DNA of 64,000 nt from Felis catus (GCF_018350175.1 NC_058368.1:24182001-24246000); one strand, 5' to 3'; shown: positions 38,480 to 52,052, counted from the stretch's first letter. Numbers and translations: made by a program. Notes: generated by a model not told the origin, from the sequence alone.

Positions 38480-41400
38480 AAACTTCACTTCCAGGAATAG
38501 AGACATACTTTTCCTTATTCTTTCCATGGAATTCAACTAAAAACCCTAGATGTTGTATGTAAAATGAATGTAAGACTATTCTGAATGGTGGAAAGGAGGC
38601 AGACCAGCTACGGTCCTTGGAATCCAAGGAACACCACAGTGGTGAGTTCCTTGGGTTTTCTTTTTCTCTCATCGATTCCAGACTGACTTCTAGAGAAGGC
38701 AGAAACCTGAAAACACCAATAGGAGTCAACAAGAAAAAACTTTAAAAGCTTCTCTCTAGCCAAAGGATCAAAAAAAGGCAAGCCTAGGAAGATGTTTTTT
38801 CAACTAATAACAACTCTCCTCCAATCCAACATCAAAAGATTAAACTGTGGTCCCATCAAGCAAAAGCAGAGTGGAAATCCTAGACTTCCACTCTTTCCAG
38901 GCTATACTGAGGTACCTAAAGGACCTAAGATGTTATTAGAGAAGGCTGAGTAGGTTGCCAGGACACTTACCTCTACTGAGTGACAAACAGCCCTAACTCA
39001 GTGTCACTGGAAACTGCATGGGGAACCTGGACTTCTAATGTCCACATGGCAGTAACAGAGGCACTCCCCTCCACTTCCCTGCAAAAGCATGTATCAGAGG
39101 AAGCCAACAAAAACAGAAGGTTTACTAAAGATCCCGAATCTCAAATCAAAATACCCAAATGTCAGATTTCAATTGAAAAAAAATTATACAAAGCAACAAG
39201 ACCTCTAATTGAAAAGAGATAATCAATAAACACTCAGTGTATTAGAGTTTTATGACAATGATTTTCAACTAGCCATTATAATACTTCTCCAAGAAACACA
39301 AACACACTTGCAACAAATGCAAAGTATCAAGTGTCAAGGAAGATATAAAGAAATGAATGAAAAGTTCGTAACTGAAAACTACAAAAATTTTACATGCTCA
39401 ATGGGTTCAACAGCAGAATGGAGAAGATATGGGGCCAGGCAGTGAGTGGGCAGTAAATGGAGAGAGCGAACAATATAAGTTAGCTAATATGAACACAGAA
39501 TTTTTTAACATTTAAAAGACACTGGTTGGAAATGAGGACAAGTCTCAAGTCAATAATCAAAACTCTGGATCAAGGATCCAGAAAAAGCAAAAATAAACAA
39601 ATATAGGAATGAAGTAATGAAATAGCATAATCAAGAAAATTGAGCAGAAAAAAAATGAGTAAAATCAATTAAACAAGTAACTGGTTCCTGGAAAATAAAA
39701 AAATTGACAATCCTCTATCAAGATTGAAAAAGACACAAATTACCAATGTCAAGGGAAAAAAAATCCAGCATATCACTAAAACCTTGTATATATTGACAAA
39801 GTGACCATTATGATAAGTCTACACATGTAAATTTGACAATTTAGATAAAATGGACCAATTCCATGAAAAGTACAAACTACCATAACTCACTGTAACCTAA
39901 AACAAAATGAAATCAAGGATCTGAACTGGATAGACATTCCATGTTCATGGAGTAAAAATTTCTACATATTAAAGATGTCAATTCTCTCCAAATTTATGCA
40001 CAAATTGAGTTAACTCCATTCCCAATTTCAACAACAATTTTATAGATACAAGTGAAGTTGTTGAACATTTCAATGAAAAGTCTAAGGATCTAGAATAGCA
40101 GTCATTTTTTTGAAGAAAGTAGGAAATCAAGTTACTCAATTTCAAGGATTATTTATCTACAGTAATCATAATTGTGTGGTTTTGGTAGAGGAACAGGCAT
40201 ACCGATTGAAGAATAAAAAACTCAGAATTAGTCCCACGCAATTATGCCTTTTGACAAAGGTGCAAAAACAATGCATGGGAAAAAGTTGCCTTTTCAATAG
40301 CACTGGAGCAACTGGTCATCTATAGCCAGAAAATGAACCTCCGTTTAAGTCCCACACCTTATACAAAAATTCCTTTAAAGCAATCCCGAACATAAAACTA
40401 TGAAACTTCTTCGGAAATAAACCCAGATTCATCTTTGGGGTCTAGGGCTAGGTACAAAGTTTCTCAACTTGACACCAAAGTAACAACCCATGAAAGGAAA
40501 ACTATATAAATTGGATTTAATCAATTTATCAATTAATCAATTAATACTAAGAAAGCTTTCTCTGTGAAATTGTAGATTAAGAGGGTGAAAAAACAGTCTG
40601 TGGAATGAGAGAAAATGTTTATAAGGTGCACGTGTGATAAAGGACTGGTTTGTAAACTATACAAAAAATCCTCAGTGTAAAATTAAAATTTTTTAAACCC
40701 CACACAAACTGAAAATGGCCAACAGACATCCACAATTGTTTTACTGAAAAGGATATACAGGTGGCAAATAAGCACTGGAAAAGATATTCAATGTTATGAA
40801 CAACCAGGGAGCTAAAAATTAAAACAATGAGATCACTACATACCTGTCAAAACTCAATAAAGAATAGTGACAGCACCAAATGCGGGGAAGGAAATCAAAC
40901 AAATTCACACCTTTCTCATGTGAATATAAGATTTTATAACTACTGTAAACATTAGTTTGGCCTTTTTGTAATAATCTAAACGTGCAACAACCTTACAACC
41001 CAGCAGTGTTATCAGATATTCATCCCATGGACGTTTATGTTTACACAGCTACCCGAACATCAATGTTTATAATTGATTCAAAATAGCAAAAAGGTGGAAA
41101 CCTGTTGAGCAACAGGTCAATAGGTAAACTACAGTACACTTTTACCACAGAACTCTATTCCACAATAAAATGAACTGCCAGTACACATAAAATCCGGATA
41201 TACCTCCAGACAATTAGCTGAGTGCAAAAGCCCTTTTCAGTACATCACATTCTGCATGATTTCCTTCATGTACCATTTGAAATAACAAAATTACAATGAG
41301 GAACAGATTAGTGGTTGTCAGGGGATCAGGAGGAAGTGGAGACAGGAGAAATTGGGTGTAGCTATAAAAGGATAACGTAAGGAATCCTTGTGATGATGGA

Positions 41401-41545
41401 AATGTTCTGTATCCTGACTGTGCCCTTGTCAATATCCAGGTAATATTGTCTTCCAAGAGGTTACCATGTTGAGGAAATGTGTAAATGGTACACAGAATCT
41501 ATTTCTTGAAACTGCATGTAAATCTACAACCATCTCAAATAAAAC
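38480..41545 (+). mobile_element. Old LINE-1 (L1MC/L1MD-like) spanning 5' UTR to 3' UTR with large internal deletions
   Basis: 5' UTR-like start, ORF1 remnant caatgggttcaacagcagaatggag, ORF2 gacattccatgttcatgg, 3' end actgcatgtaaatctacaaccatctcaaataaaa. Confidence 0.85.
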
Positions 41546-43264
41546 ACAGCAAGTCTGTTGGGAGCTTGAGCTGAGAGTGGATTTAAAATGGAGGCTGGGA
41601 GGCCATGTTGGACCAAGTGAAGCAGGCAAAGAAGTTTGAAGTGATTGGAGAATAAAGCAAACAAGGCAGGTAAGAATGAGCAGCTATGAAAAAGGAGCAG
41701 TCTAAATGGACAGCTGCCTTGATTCCTCCTGACAGTGGAGTTCTTGGTTCCACATTAATGCAAGGCATAGCAGCAATTCTCAATTCTGAGATGTCTAAGA
41801 CAGGTGTCCTTGTGTTTTTCCAGGTCAGGTTCCTTTGGCCTTATGCCAGTGTGAGTGGGTTGTATTACTTGCTACGCAACAATTCCTAACAAGACAGCCA
41901 TGTTCAGATTACCTCAACTCTCCTAAGAAAAAAGAAACATAAGGAAAGTAAGGATACAGGACATACACTTCATTTTGTTTGGTTGCACCAGGGTTCTGTA
42001 TTTTTAAGACTAATAGAGGGTGAAGTATTAAGTGTATGCAAATATTGATGTTATAGGTTAATTTTAATTGTAAAAAGGCATCTGCCAAGTAACATATATA
42101 ACCTTATAATGTCACTTATATGTCCCATTTCGGTGGGAAATTTTCAAATTGTTTTTCCACTAAAGCAAGGTGTTCTGATACAACCTGTTTTTCTCTTTAG
42201 ATCAGCTCATATTCAATTGTTTTTAAAAACAAAGAAATGGTTAAGAGAAACCACTGTTTGCTGGACATTTTTCAAGCTGGATAGCATAAGCAGTCATTAA
42301 TTTATACTACAGGGCTGTGTGCACTATGAGCGAAACATCATTAGGCTTATGTTCATTTTATGCTTTTAATGGGGCCGACAATTAAATGCAACAGGTGATT
42401 CAGATCCCTTCTTAGCAAGCAGAGAAATCATTCAACTAAATAATCCTCTAAAAAGCATTGGTGTCAGATTTCTTTAAAATAGCAATTACCCTTCCATCTC
42501 CTAAAATTCAGAATTAGTAAAGTTAGCTGGAACTGTTTCAGAACACTTTTATTATAATGAGGATCCCTCACCCACCCATTTATCCATTATTTATCTATTC
42601 AACACAATTATGGCACTCAGTGTTACAACCTCTCTCAACAGCAGAGTATCTCATGATTTCGAAGAAGCATATTCTGAGATGTACCGATATAGTCAACAGA
42701 AATTAGTCCATCCCAAGTAAAACCTTGCATTTTGTGTGTAAATGTAAGCACATTATGAAATTGAGCACAGAATGTCCTCGGAGGACATATCTCCAAACAT
42801 TGTTGTGTGGCAACTAAAGGTAAGGTGGAGACTTTACACAAGTATCAGAAACTATTTCTAAGAAGAATGAAAAATTCAAACCAAGATCAACACTGTATTT
42901 TAGAAATTAGACACTTTTGACCCTAAAAAGCACTTCTGATAGGGACAAAGTAAAATGCATTATGCCCAAACTATGAATTTAAGGATGAAAACATCATTTT
43001 ATCTCCAACAGTCACAGATTGTCCAGACCCCAGAAAATATAACTTAAAGCAGCTTGGCATATTTTTAACTCAGCAAATTACAAACATACCATCCTTATTT
43101 TCTTTGAATGAGACAAGCTTTTAACTTGTCCTCTGTATGTGGAAATACGATTCATATAGAGTGAGCAAATGCTGCCTGAGAGTAAAACCTGAAGCACCTT
43201 CCTGACCTTCATCTCTCTTCACAACAAAGCACTTGTTGACTCTCATAATTCTAATCCTAATTGT

Positions 43265-43405
43265 TCCATTTATTGAATGTCTGTTACGTGCCAGGTACCA
43301 TACTTTGTACTCTCCAGAAACTGCGTTTATTCCTCACAATCTTCAAAGGAATTACTACCCCATCTTATAGTGGAAGAAGTTGAGACTCAGAACGTTTGGG
43401 CTAGC
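43265..43405 (-). mobile_element. MIR fragment
   Basis: tttattgaatgtctgttacgtgccaggtacc ... ccccatcttatagtggaagaagttgagactcag. Confidence 0.7.
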
Positions 43406-44019
43406 CTAAGGCCACCATATTGCCAACACAAGTCCAACACCTCACATATGCTTGGAAAAACGAAGATGGTGCTCGCTTCTGGGAACTGAGCCTGACAAAT
43501 GGTGGCTAAACAAGAGTTTGAATCTGCTGCTTTTTTTTTTTTTAAACAAGGAGAATGGTTATCTTTTATAATAAAAGCTATTGAATTCCTTGATCTGTTC
43601 AAACACATGCTGTACGAAAATTTCCAATCCCTGGAGAGCTGAACACAGAGCAAACACGGGGTATAAATAAAGTCAGTTAAAATTGATTCCTCTTAAAAAT
43701 TGAAGATAAACAACTATACATACATCTTTATCATTTATGACGTATCATTATACTATATATGAATATACATAAACCCTTATATCAAATATAGTTAATGTGC
43801 CCAAAGAATATTTAACATTCTTCTCTCCTGAATATGATTGATTCTCAACTTTCAAAGCACAGGTTCATCCCCATGGACTTTGTTTTAGTGAAGAAAATTT
43901 GGCCCCACTCCAGAGGAGCTGAATCTCAACCTAAGGTAGAATTCAGGCATATGCATTTTTAAAAATCTCCACATATCTGTTGAATGGACCAGTGACTCAG
44001 AATTCCTACAAAAACAGAA

Positions 44020-44520
44020 ACTCAGCAATTCCTCCTTCTAGGCATATGCCCGACAGAATACTCATGTTTACCAGAACACATGTAGTAGATTAGTAACAGC
44101 ACGACTGACAATAGTCCCAAATTAGAAGCTAACCAAAAGCCTAGTGACAGAATAAATAAGTGCTGTGGTCTACTCACACAATGGAATGCTATAAAGCAGT
44201 CAACAGCTACATGCAGTAAGGATCAATCTCACAAAATGTTGAAAATAGCCAGACACAAAAAAAGTACACCATGTGTAATTCCATTGCCCTAAAACGCATA
44301 TCTGAGGAAACTCATTTTTGCTGTCACAAGTCTAGATGGCAGCCACCTGTAAGGCTGCAGGAAGGGGAGATTGACAGGGAGATTAAGGATTTCTTGTATG
44401 CTGCTACTGTTCTGTTTCTCCAACTCGTCACATGGGTACATTCAGTTTAGGAAGGTTAATCAAATGGTACAGAGATGCTATGTGCACTTTGCTATATTAT
44501 ATAGCACCTTAATGATAAAT
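44020..44520 (+). mobile_element. Old L1ME-like 3' end
   Basis: cagcaattcctccttctaggcatatgcc, cacaatggaatgctat, agccagacacaaaaaaagtacacc. Confidence 0.75.
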
Positions 44521-44936
44521 ACAAAACGCCCATAAAATAGCAGTCATTTGGCAGTTTAGAATTTAAGAACCAAGATGATTTAAAATATACAAAGAAAATG
44601 TGATGTAATAGATAGGGGTTCAAGTCCCAACAGGACCATCAGCCTATTGGACTTCAATGGACTGTCATCCCTAAACTTCTGAAGACTCAGTCACATATTA
44701 TATTTCACCTCTTGCAAAGGTTTTTTTCTAGGATTATGTAACACTAACAAAGCTTAATATTTGGCATTTGGTTCACCATACACATCATTTCTCTTCCTTC
44801 CTTGATTTTATAAAAAAAATTGAAGCTTCATAAAAATCAATTCTTAGCATTCTTAAATGTAGTAGCAATGCAGGAAAAACTACCAAGAAATTTTAAGCCA
44901 GTTCAGAAGTAAGTAATTGCAGAGTATTTTTAGATA

Positions 44937-45175
44937 CAGTAAAACATTGGTTTGAGAGCAATTTGTTCTGGTAACATGCTTGTAATCCAAAGCATTTGTG
45001 TATCAAAGCAAATTTCAACAACCATTGGCTCAGTTATGATCATGTGGCTTTTGGCATCATGTACTACTCAGATTGCAAGAAATCACTCATTTCTCAAATT
45101 AAAATTTATTAGAAATGTTTGCTCGTCTTGCGGAACAGTCACAGAACAAGTTACTCACATTTCTAGGGTTCACTC
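44937..45175. mobile_element. Tc1/mariner Tigger-type MITE (carnivore)
   Basis: TA|CAGTAAAACATTGG ... CTAGGGTTCACTC|TA: degenerate TIRs with TA flanks. Confidence 0.7.
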
Positions 45176-46221
45176 TAATTCTAATTTTGCATGCTTTTCT
45201 GGGGTGGGAAAGCAAATGATAGGTGATGACTAAGCTACCAGACAGACATCTCCAGCAACCAAATCCATGGAGTGCATAATGTGCTATCTGAAACACTGAC
45301 AGTTTTCAACAACCAGGAGCTGTGATTCTAACTCAGTGGGATATCGCTAAAATGTGTCACTGAAGGAAAAAATGATCAAATTCCAGCAGCCAAATTCAAA
45401 TGCAGCAGAAAAAAAAAGAGATCTGGGTATTGAACGATTTTGAGTTGAATGGCAGCTAGCACTAGCATGTTTCCATTTAAAAGGCAAATCATCAGATGTA
45501 GCACGAACTGGCCTATTGTTAGTCACAGCACACTGACAGAACATTTGCTGTGTATGGAGACTCTGGTCTCACCACCCAGTCCTCATCTGGGCTTTAGGGA
45601 AGGGTTGAAGATGCTTAACAGCAGCAAAGGTTGATGACTAGGACATACAAGCACAACTCCAGCTGACCAACATTACTCAAAGAAGAGAAAAGCAGGGCAC
45701 AATTCAACAATCTGTGTTTGAATCAAAAGATCAGATTGAGAGAAGTTACAAATACATGGTCAATAAGATCAAACCTATTTGTCATTCAACCTTACTGCAT
45801 GTTTTTAGCACCATGCCTACTGGACCCCTTTCTGCCCCCCAGACAAAACGATGGCTCCTTCACTGGCCTTGTTTTAGAGTAGTAGTATGTGCAGTTAGGA
45901 TATCATTCCTTTAATTTCTGATTACAATAATGAACCCATGCCTGGAAATGGAGGAAGTAGAACGGAAGGGAAAGGAGTGACTGGGTGAATAGGGTGGTTT
46001 TATATCCCACTATCTTTATGTTACTTGGCTACCAGGTGAATTGCAAATGGCTTTGTAAGTCATGAATCATGAGCACCCCAAAATAGATCGTAACTAAATT
46101 GAGGGAATTATGGCATGTTATATAGCCATGAGAGATTGATAAATGATACACACCTGAGTATCACAAAAGGTAACTCAAGAGTAAAATCCTGTAACTTTGC
46201 TCTTTACCTTTAAATCTTTAA

Positions 46222-46431
46222 TTTTTTTTTTTTAACGTTTATTTATTTTTGGGAGAGAGACAGAGCATGAACGGGGGAAGGGCAGAGAGAGAGGGAGACA
46301 CAGAATCGGAAACAGGCTCCAGGCTCTGAGCCATCAGCCCAGAGCCCGACGCGGGGCTCGAACTCACAGACCACGAGATCGTGACCTGGCTGAAGTCGGA
46401 CGCTTAACCGACTGCGCCACCCAGGCGCCCC
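46222..46431 (-). mobile_element. Very young Can-SINE (SINEC_Fc-like)
   Basis: CpGs largely intact; perfect 17-bp TSD tacctttaaatctttaa at 46205-46221 and 46432-46448. Confidence 0.98.
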
Positions 46432-46677
46432 TACCTTTAAATCTTTAAAATCTAGTTTTCTGTCCTCTCCCCAAAAATGAACGATGGCTTACAAATACGG
46501 GATCAGGCCCATGGCTAAGAAATACTTTAAAAGCACTGTTTACATGCCAAACTTTCACATGCCATCTACTCAGATAGGAGAGGAAGAATGGAAATTTGAT
46601 TTACTGTTAGAGTGACTGTAATAGAAAAAATAAAAATTGAGCCTTGTAAGATGGTAGACAACTAGTTCTTCTCAAGT

Positions 46678-46881
46678 AGGGATCAGTTGTTTTTTGCTGT
46701 AAAAAAACAAACACTTTAGAGTATGTAAGCTAAATGGTTTGCCACAACTATTCAACTCTGTTGTAGCTCAAAAGAAGTCATAGACTACATGGAAGAAAAT
46801 GAGCATGGTCAGTTTCTAATAAGCCTTGACTGAAACAGGCAGGGGGCAGTATTTAGCCTGAGAGCCATACTTTGACAATTC
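46678..46881. mobile_element. MER58-like hAT-Charlie MITE
   Basis: gccacaactattcaactctgttgtagc...gtcatagac...aaacaggcagggggc. Confidence 0.7.
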
Positions 46882-47465
46882 TTTTTTTTTTTTTTAATTT
46901 AATGTTTGTTTATATTTGAGGGAGAGAGAGAGAGAGTGCACATGCAGGGGAGGGGCAGCAAGAGAGGTGGAAACAGAATCTGAAGCAGGCTCCAGGCTCT
47001 GAGTTGTCAGCACAGAGCCCGACGCGGAGCTCAAACCCATGAGCCCTGAGTTCATGACCTGAGTCGAAGATGGACGCTTAACCGGCTCAGCCACCCAGGT
47101 GTCCCTGTTTTTTTATTTTGAGAGACAGAGAGACAGAGAGAGAGGGCGAGAGAATCAACACTCAGCAAGGCAAGCAGGGGAGGGACAGAGAGAGGAGAAA
47201 GAATCCTAAGCAGACTGTGCTGACAGCACAGGTGGCCCAACCCTTTCTTTAAAAAAAAAAATTAATGTTTATTTTTGAGAGAGAGAGACAGAACATGAGC
47301 AGGGGAGAGGTACAGAGAGAGAGAGGGAGACAGAGAATCCGAAGCAGGCTCCAGGCTCGGAGCCGTCAGCACAGAAGCTGACACAGGGCTGGAACCCACA
47401 AGGCAGGAGATCATGTCCTGAGCCAAAGTCGGACGCTCAACCGACTGAGCCACCCAGGCACCCCC
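46882..47465 (-). mobile_element. Three tandem antisense Can-SINEs (46882-47105, partial 47106-47235, 47252-47465)
   Basis: Three T-rich tails and SINE bodies; third has TSD aaccctttcttta at 47239-47251 and 47466-47478. Confidence 0.93.
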
Positions 47466-47499
47466 AACCCTTTCTTTAGAATATTAAGATCTAGTTAGC

Positions 47500-47795
47500 A
47501 GAGGGGAGATGTTCAGTAGGTGTTGGGGCTTGAGAAATGCACTTGTGAGGAGCACAGGGTGATATATGCAAGTGCTGAATCACTATGCTGTACACCTGCA
47601 ACTGATATAACACTGTATCAACTAAATAGGATTAAAATAAAGCAAAAAAATAGAGGCATCTGGGTGGCTCAGTCAGTTAAGCATCCAACTCCTGATTTCG
47701 TCTCAGGTCATGATCTCACAGTTCGGGAGTTTGAGCCCCACATCAGGCTCTGCACTGGCAGTGGGATTCTCTCTCGAAAATACACAAAAAATTTA
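47500..47795 (+). mobile_element. L1 3'-terminal fragment followed by a shortened Can-SINE (from 47653)
   Basis: gcacttgtgaggagcacaggg...tgtacacctgcaactgat; gaggcatctgggtggctcagtcagttaag. Confidence 0.85.
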
Positions 47796-49499
47796 AATAG
47801 AAAGATGTGGTAGAATATGGCAAACCACCCTTTTCCTCAAACTGGCCATGAATAGATAACAGTCCTCAAAGCCTTGGCCAAAAGCTTGAGCACGCATACT
47901 TTGGAAGACATTAAGTTCTTCAAATCTCCTTACACTGAGAAAAATAAGACGACCTTCTCTTCTTGATATTTAAACACATTTCACCTGTTTTCACAAGCTC
48001 AGGAATTATAGAATCAAAACTTTAAAACATAAGGCTTTGACACAATAGAATTGGTAGGAAAAGAGAATTCAGTCTGACTCCAACAGAATTCATCCAGTGC
48101 AACAAAAAGACAATTCCAATATATGTACTTAAGACAATTTTGCCCCTTTGTTTTTTCAGTGGCACCATACAAACTCCAGGAGTTAGAAGCAAATACAGGC
48201 TGTATAGCTTATTGCAACCTTGCAACGCATTGCAACCATATGTGAAAAAACGCTGCCAAATTCAGGAGAAAAGAGGTATGGGACATGCCAAGAGAATGCC
48301 TGTGGCTTCGTATCTCAAAGCTGGCAGCATAGACGTTCCCAGGAAATGGTCCACTATGAGAGAGAGGACCAACAAACCATTTTGGCGTTTGTTTTTTGTA
48401 ATATGCAGGATAGAATAAGCATGTTAACATGAGCTTTCCTAATCCAATTTGGGATAGAGAAGGCAAGGCTGAATGAAAAATCTTCAAGTAGCAGTGAGGC
48501 AGGGTATCTATGGCCAATACTTGCATCATTGTCCTGCAGTATCCATCTCTCACAGCTAGAGAGAAGTAAGCTGTAAACCTCACAGTGTATGATCAGCAAC
48601 TTGAGCAAACAAGATGTAAATTGCTCCAGACCTATGGACAAATTCTCTAAGCAAAGGGGAAGAATATAAGGGGAGTGGTTGAGGAAAAACTAGCAGACCA
48701 AGACTATATGCTCTTCTCAAAACATTTCCAGGGAGAATATTAAAATTTTGACCAAACATAGGTCATGAATGTAAAGGTATTAATCAATCTCCTCTATAAT
48801 CAAGAGCTTGAAACAGTGATTCTAAGATCTCGGGCAGTCTCAGGTAAGATTAACAGGGAAATCAAGAAATATAGCAGGACCTGGCTCATGGCAACAGAAA
48901 ATACGAAGTAGTTTCACAAATGTAGACCATACTGAAAATAGCAGAAATAGACACTGCTAAAACACTAAAATGTAGGACAGTCAAGATTAATAAAATTGAA
49001 TACAAAGATGCATTACAAAGAAGATGATGGCCATGAAATTAAAGCAGTAAGACAAACTCATAATTGGTGTCCTGAAGGGACAAATACTAGGAAAGTTTTT
49101 TTTAAGGATTCTCTCCAAGAGCCTTTGGAAAGATCATGGCCCTGTCATAACCTTGGTTTTAGGCATCTGGCTTCCACAACTATTAGAGTATTTGTTGTTT
49201 TAGGCCACACAAAAAAGATATTAAGCTATAATTCAGGAAAGTTTCAGGAGGACTTCAAGAGGAATTTCATCTATACATTGAAAGGGCACAGTATGTTCCA
49301 GGAAAAACTGACAAGGATCAATAGCAGTACATTTCCAGGTAAACTTACTCGACATCAAAAAGCTTTAAAAAAAAAAATTAAAAAAACACACCTAAGCCCT
49401 TTGAGCATTCCAACACGAGGAATCAAACGCTTAAAACAGTGCGAAAAATCTCACTAAACTCGTATTTCTACACAGCCATATTCAACAGAAGATACTAAG

Positions 49500-50110
49500 A
49501 ATATACATGGTGTCCTTTTATTGGCAATAGCCAAGACATGGACGCAGCCTAAATGTCTATGATCGATAAATGGATTAAGAAAATGTGATATATACACAAT
49601 AGAATGTTATTCAGCCTTAAAGCAAATCCCACCATTTGGGATCATTTAAGTGGACCTGGAGGGCACTGTGCTAAATGAAATAAGCCAGATACAGGAGAAA
49701 TACTAGATGATACCACTTACGTGAGGAACTCTAAAATAGCTAAACACAGAAGCAGAGAGTAGAATCACGGATGCTACGACTTGGTGTAGGGCAAGGGGAG
49801 AAAAAGAGGGAGATGCTCAAGAGGACTAACTTTCAGTTATGCAAAATGACTAAGTCCTAGAGGTCTACTATCTGGCATAGTTCCTACAGTTAATAGCATA
49901 TCGCATACTTCAAAATTTGCTTAGGGGGTATATCTTATGTTAAGTGTTCTTACCACAAATAAAAAGTGAGGAAACCTTTGAAGGTGATAATTATGTTTAT
50001 GACAAAAATGTGTTCAGAGGTTCCTAGATGCGTACTTACCTCCAAAGTCATCAAGCTGTATCCATTAAATATGTAGTTTTTTTTGTCAAGCATACCTGAA
50101 TTGAGTGATT
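49500..50110 (+). mobile_element. LINE-1 3' end (L1MA-type) within older HAL1/L1M-like debris
   Basis: caatagccaagacatgg, gctaaatgaaataagccagatac, tcttatgttaagtgttcttaccaca. Confidence 0.8.
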
Positions 50111-51059
50111 AAAGACTTTATGTACAATGTTCAAGAAAATGGCAAGAATCTGACTAAACGTTTAAGTATACTTACAGAGGTGTTTTTTAACTTTTCAAAG
50201 TCAGGTCATATAGTTTCAGGTGTCGTTTTTGAATAAACTACTACAGAACTATCTTCTATCAACCAAAAGATAACTAGACAAATGATCAACTACATGGTGG
50301 TACATCCCAGCAAACCATAGGATTAAGCCTAGATTAGATAGGGGGATTATGGTCACAAAATAGTATTTAACATTATAAACCCCAGAAATTCTTAGTATTG
50401 TTATTAACAAAACCGGAAGGGAAACCAGGGGGAAAAAAAGTAGTAATATAAGCATGCTGATTTTCTCTTTTGATAGTTTATTAAAGCTCTCTAGTAAAGG
50501 TACACACATATACTTAAAAGTTACAAAAGATGTAAAAACCTCAATCACAGGCACAGATCTTCACAAGTACTAGGCGTTACACTTTCACATTGCCTGAGTA
50601 GGTTAAGTATTTTCTCCTGTCTTTGACTTTTCTTTGTGGAAAATGATCTAGAGAAAGACATTTGACCTTTGTTAACAAGGTATCTGGAACGAAGTTACTA
50701 CAACAGAGTTAAAATTAACTTTGATGAAAATGGTACAAGCAGAAAATTCCCAACTAAGGAACAGAGATGTTCCAAGTGAAAGTCAGGGTTTTTCAGTTAC
50801 AAAGATTCCAGGTTCCCCAAACTGCTTCATTTTTAGGCCTTGAAAGTTTATATATAAATGAAAAAAAAAATTGTAGGTACAATAAACATTTCTTAAATAT
50901 TTTTATGTGTCACTTAAATTTTTTTGTGTCTAACAGTGAGGCATAAGTTTTAACAACTGGTGGTTCATAAGATGTATAAAAAAAAAAGTTTTTAAAAATG
51001 TAAAAATGTTAGAGCTGATAATTTAAAGGAAACCTGTGTTTTGATCAATTCCACACTAC

Positions 51060-51108
51060 ATTTAGAAAACTAATACCTATCCTTCTCAAACTATTGCAAA
51101 AAAAAAAA

Positions 51109-51139
<31 letters not shown>

Positions 51140-51800
51140 GGAGGAAAAAGAATGATTCCAAGTTTATTCTACAGAGCTAGCATTACCACTTCTGGGTGTT
51201 TGTTTGAAAAAAATAAAAACACTAATTGAAAACGATACGTGCACCCCTATGTTTATTGCAGCTTTTTTTTTTATAATAGCCATGACATGGGAACTACCCA
51301 AGTACCTATCAATAGATATATGGATCAAGAAGATACAATACACACACACACACAGGATTATTACTGAGCCGTATAAAAGAATAAGATCTTGGCATTTGCA
51401 AGGGCATGAATGGACCTAGAGGGTATTTTGCTAGGTGAAATAAGTCAGAGAAAGGCAAATACTGTATGATTCCACTTACATGTGGAATCTAACCAAAAAC
51501 AAACAAAAACAAAACAAAAAAACAAAACAAGTGAGTCAACTACAGAGAACTGGTTGTTGGGCAAGGGGTAGGAGTGAAGATGGAGTGAAACAGCTAAAGG
51601 AGATGAAGACATACAAATTTCCAGTTATAAAATAAGTCATGGATGTAAAATTTACAGCATAGCGAATAGTTAACAATATTGCAATAACTTTAAATCTTGA
51701 GATGGTAATCATACTTATCATGAGCATTTTAGAATGTATATTATTGTCAAATCACTGTATTATACACCTGAAACTAACAGGATATGTCTACTTCAAAGAA
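51060..51800 (+). mobile_element. LINE-1 with mid-ORF2 fused directly to ORF2 end/3' UTR; contains (AAT)n
   Basis: atacctatccttctcaaactattgc ... gctagcattacc|acttctgggtgtttg ... acacctgaaactaac. Confidence 0.8.
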
Positions 51801-51849
51801 ATTTTGAATGCTTACAAAAACCTTTAGAGAATCTTAAAAAAAAAAAAAG

Positions 51850-52052
51850 GCCATAATTAGATATAAGAACATGATGAATCAAAGGATGTAAAATCTAACA
51901 GCATATACATAAAATGTAAAAGGAGTAAGCATGTTTTTTACAATGTGTTTGAACTTAAATGATAGTCAAATTAATATCGACTGCTATGTACTTAGGTTAT
52001 TACAAATAAACCTCATGGTGACCAGAAACTCACAACCTGTAATAGATCCCCC

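Noticed and set aside
48209..48641. Overlapping 95-124 aa minus-strand ORFs
   Set aside because: No recognisable domain, non-ATG starts, and lengths within chance expectation
48996..49457. 153-aa ORF
   Set aside because: Appears to run through decayed L1/HAL1-like and LTR-like sequence and an A-run; no coherent protein
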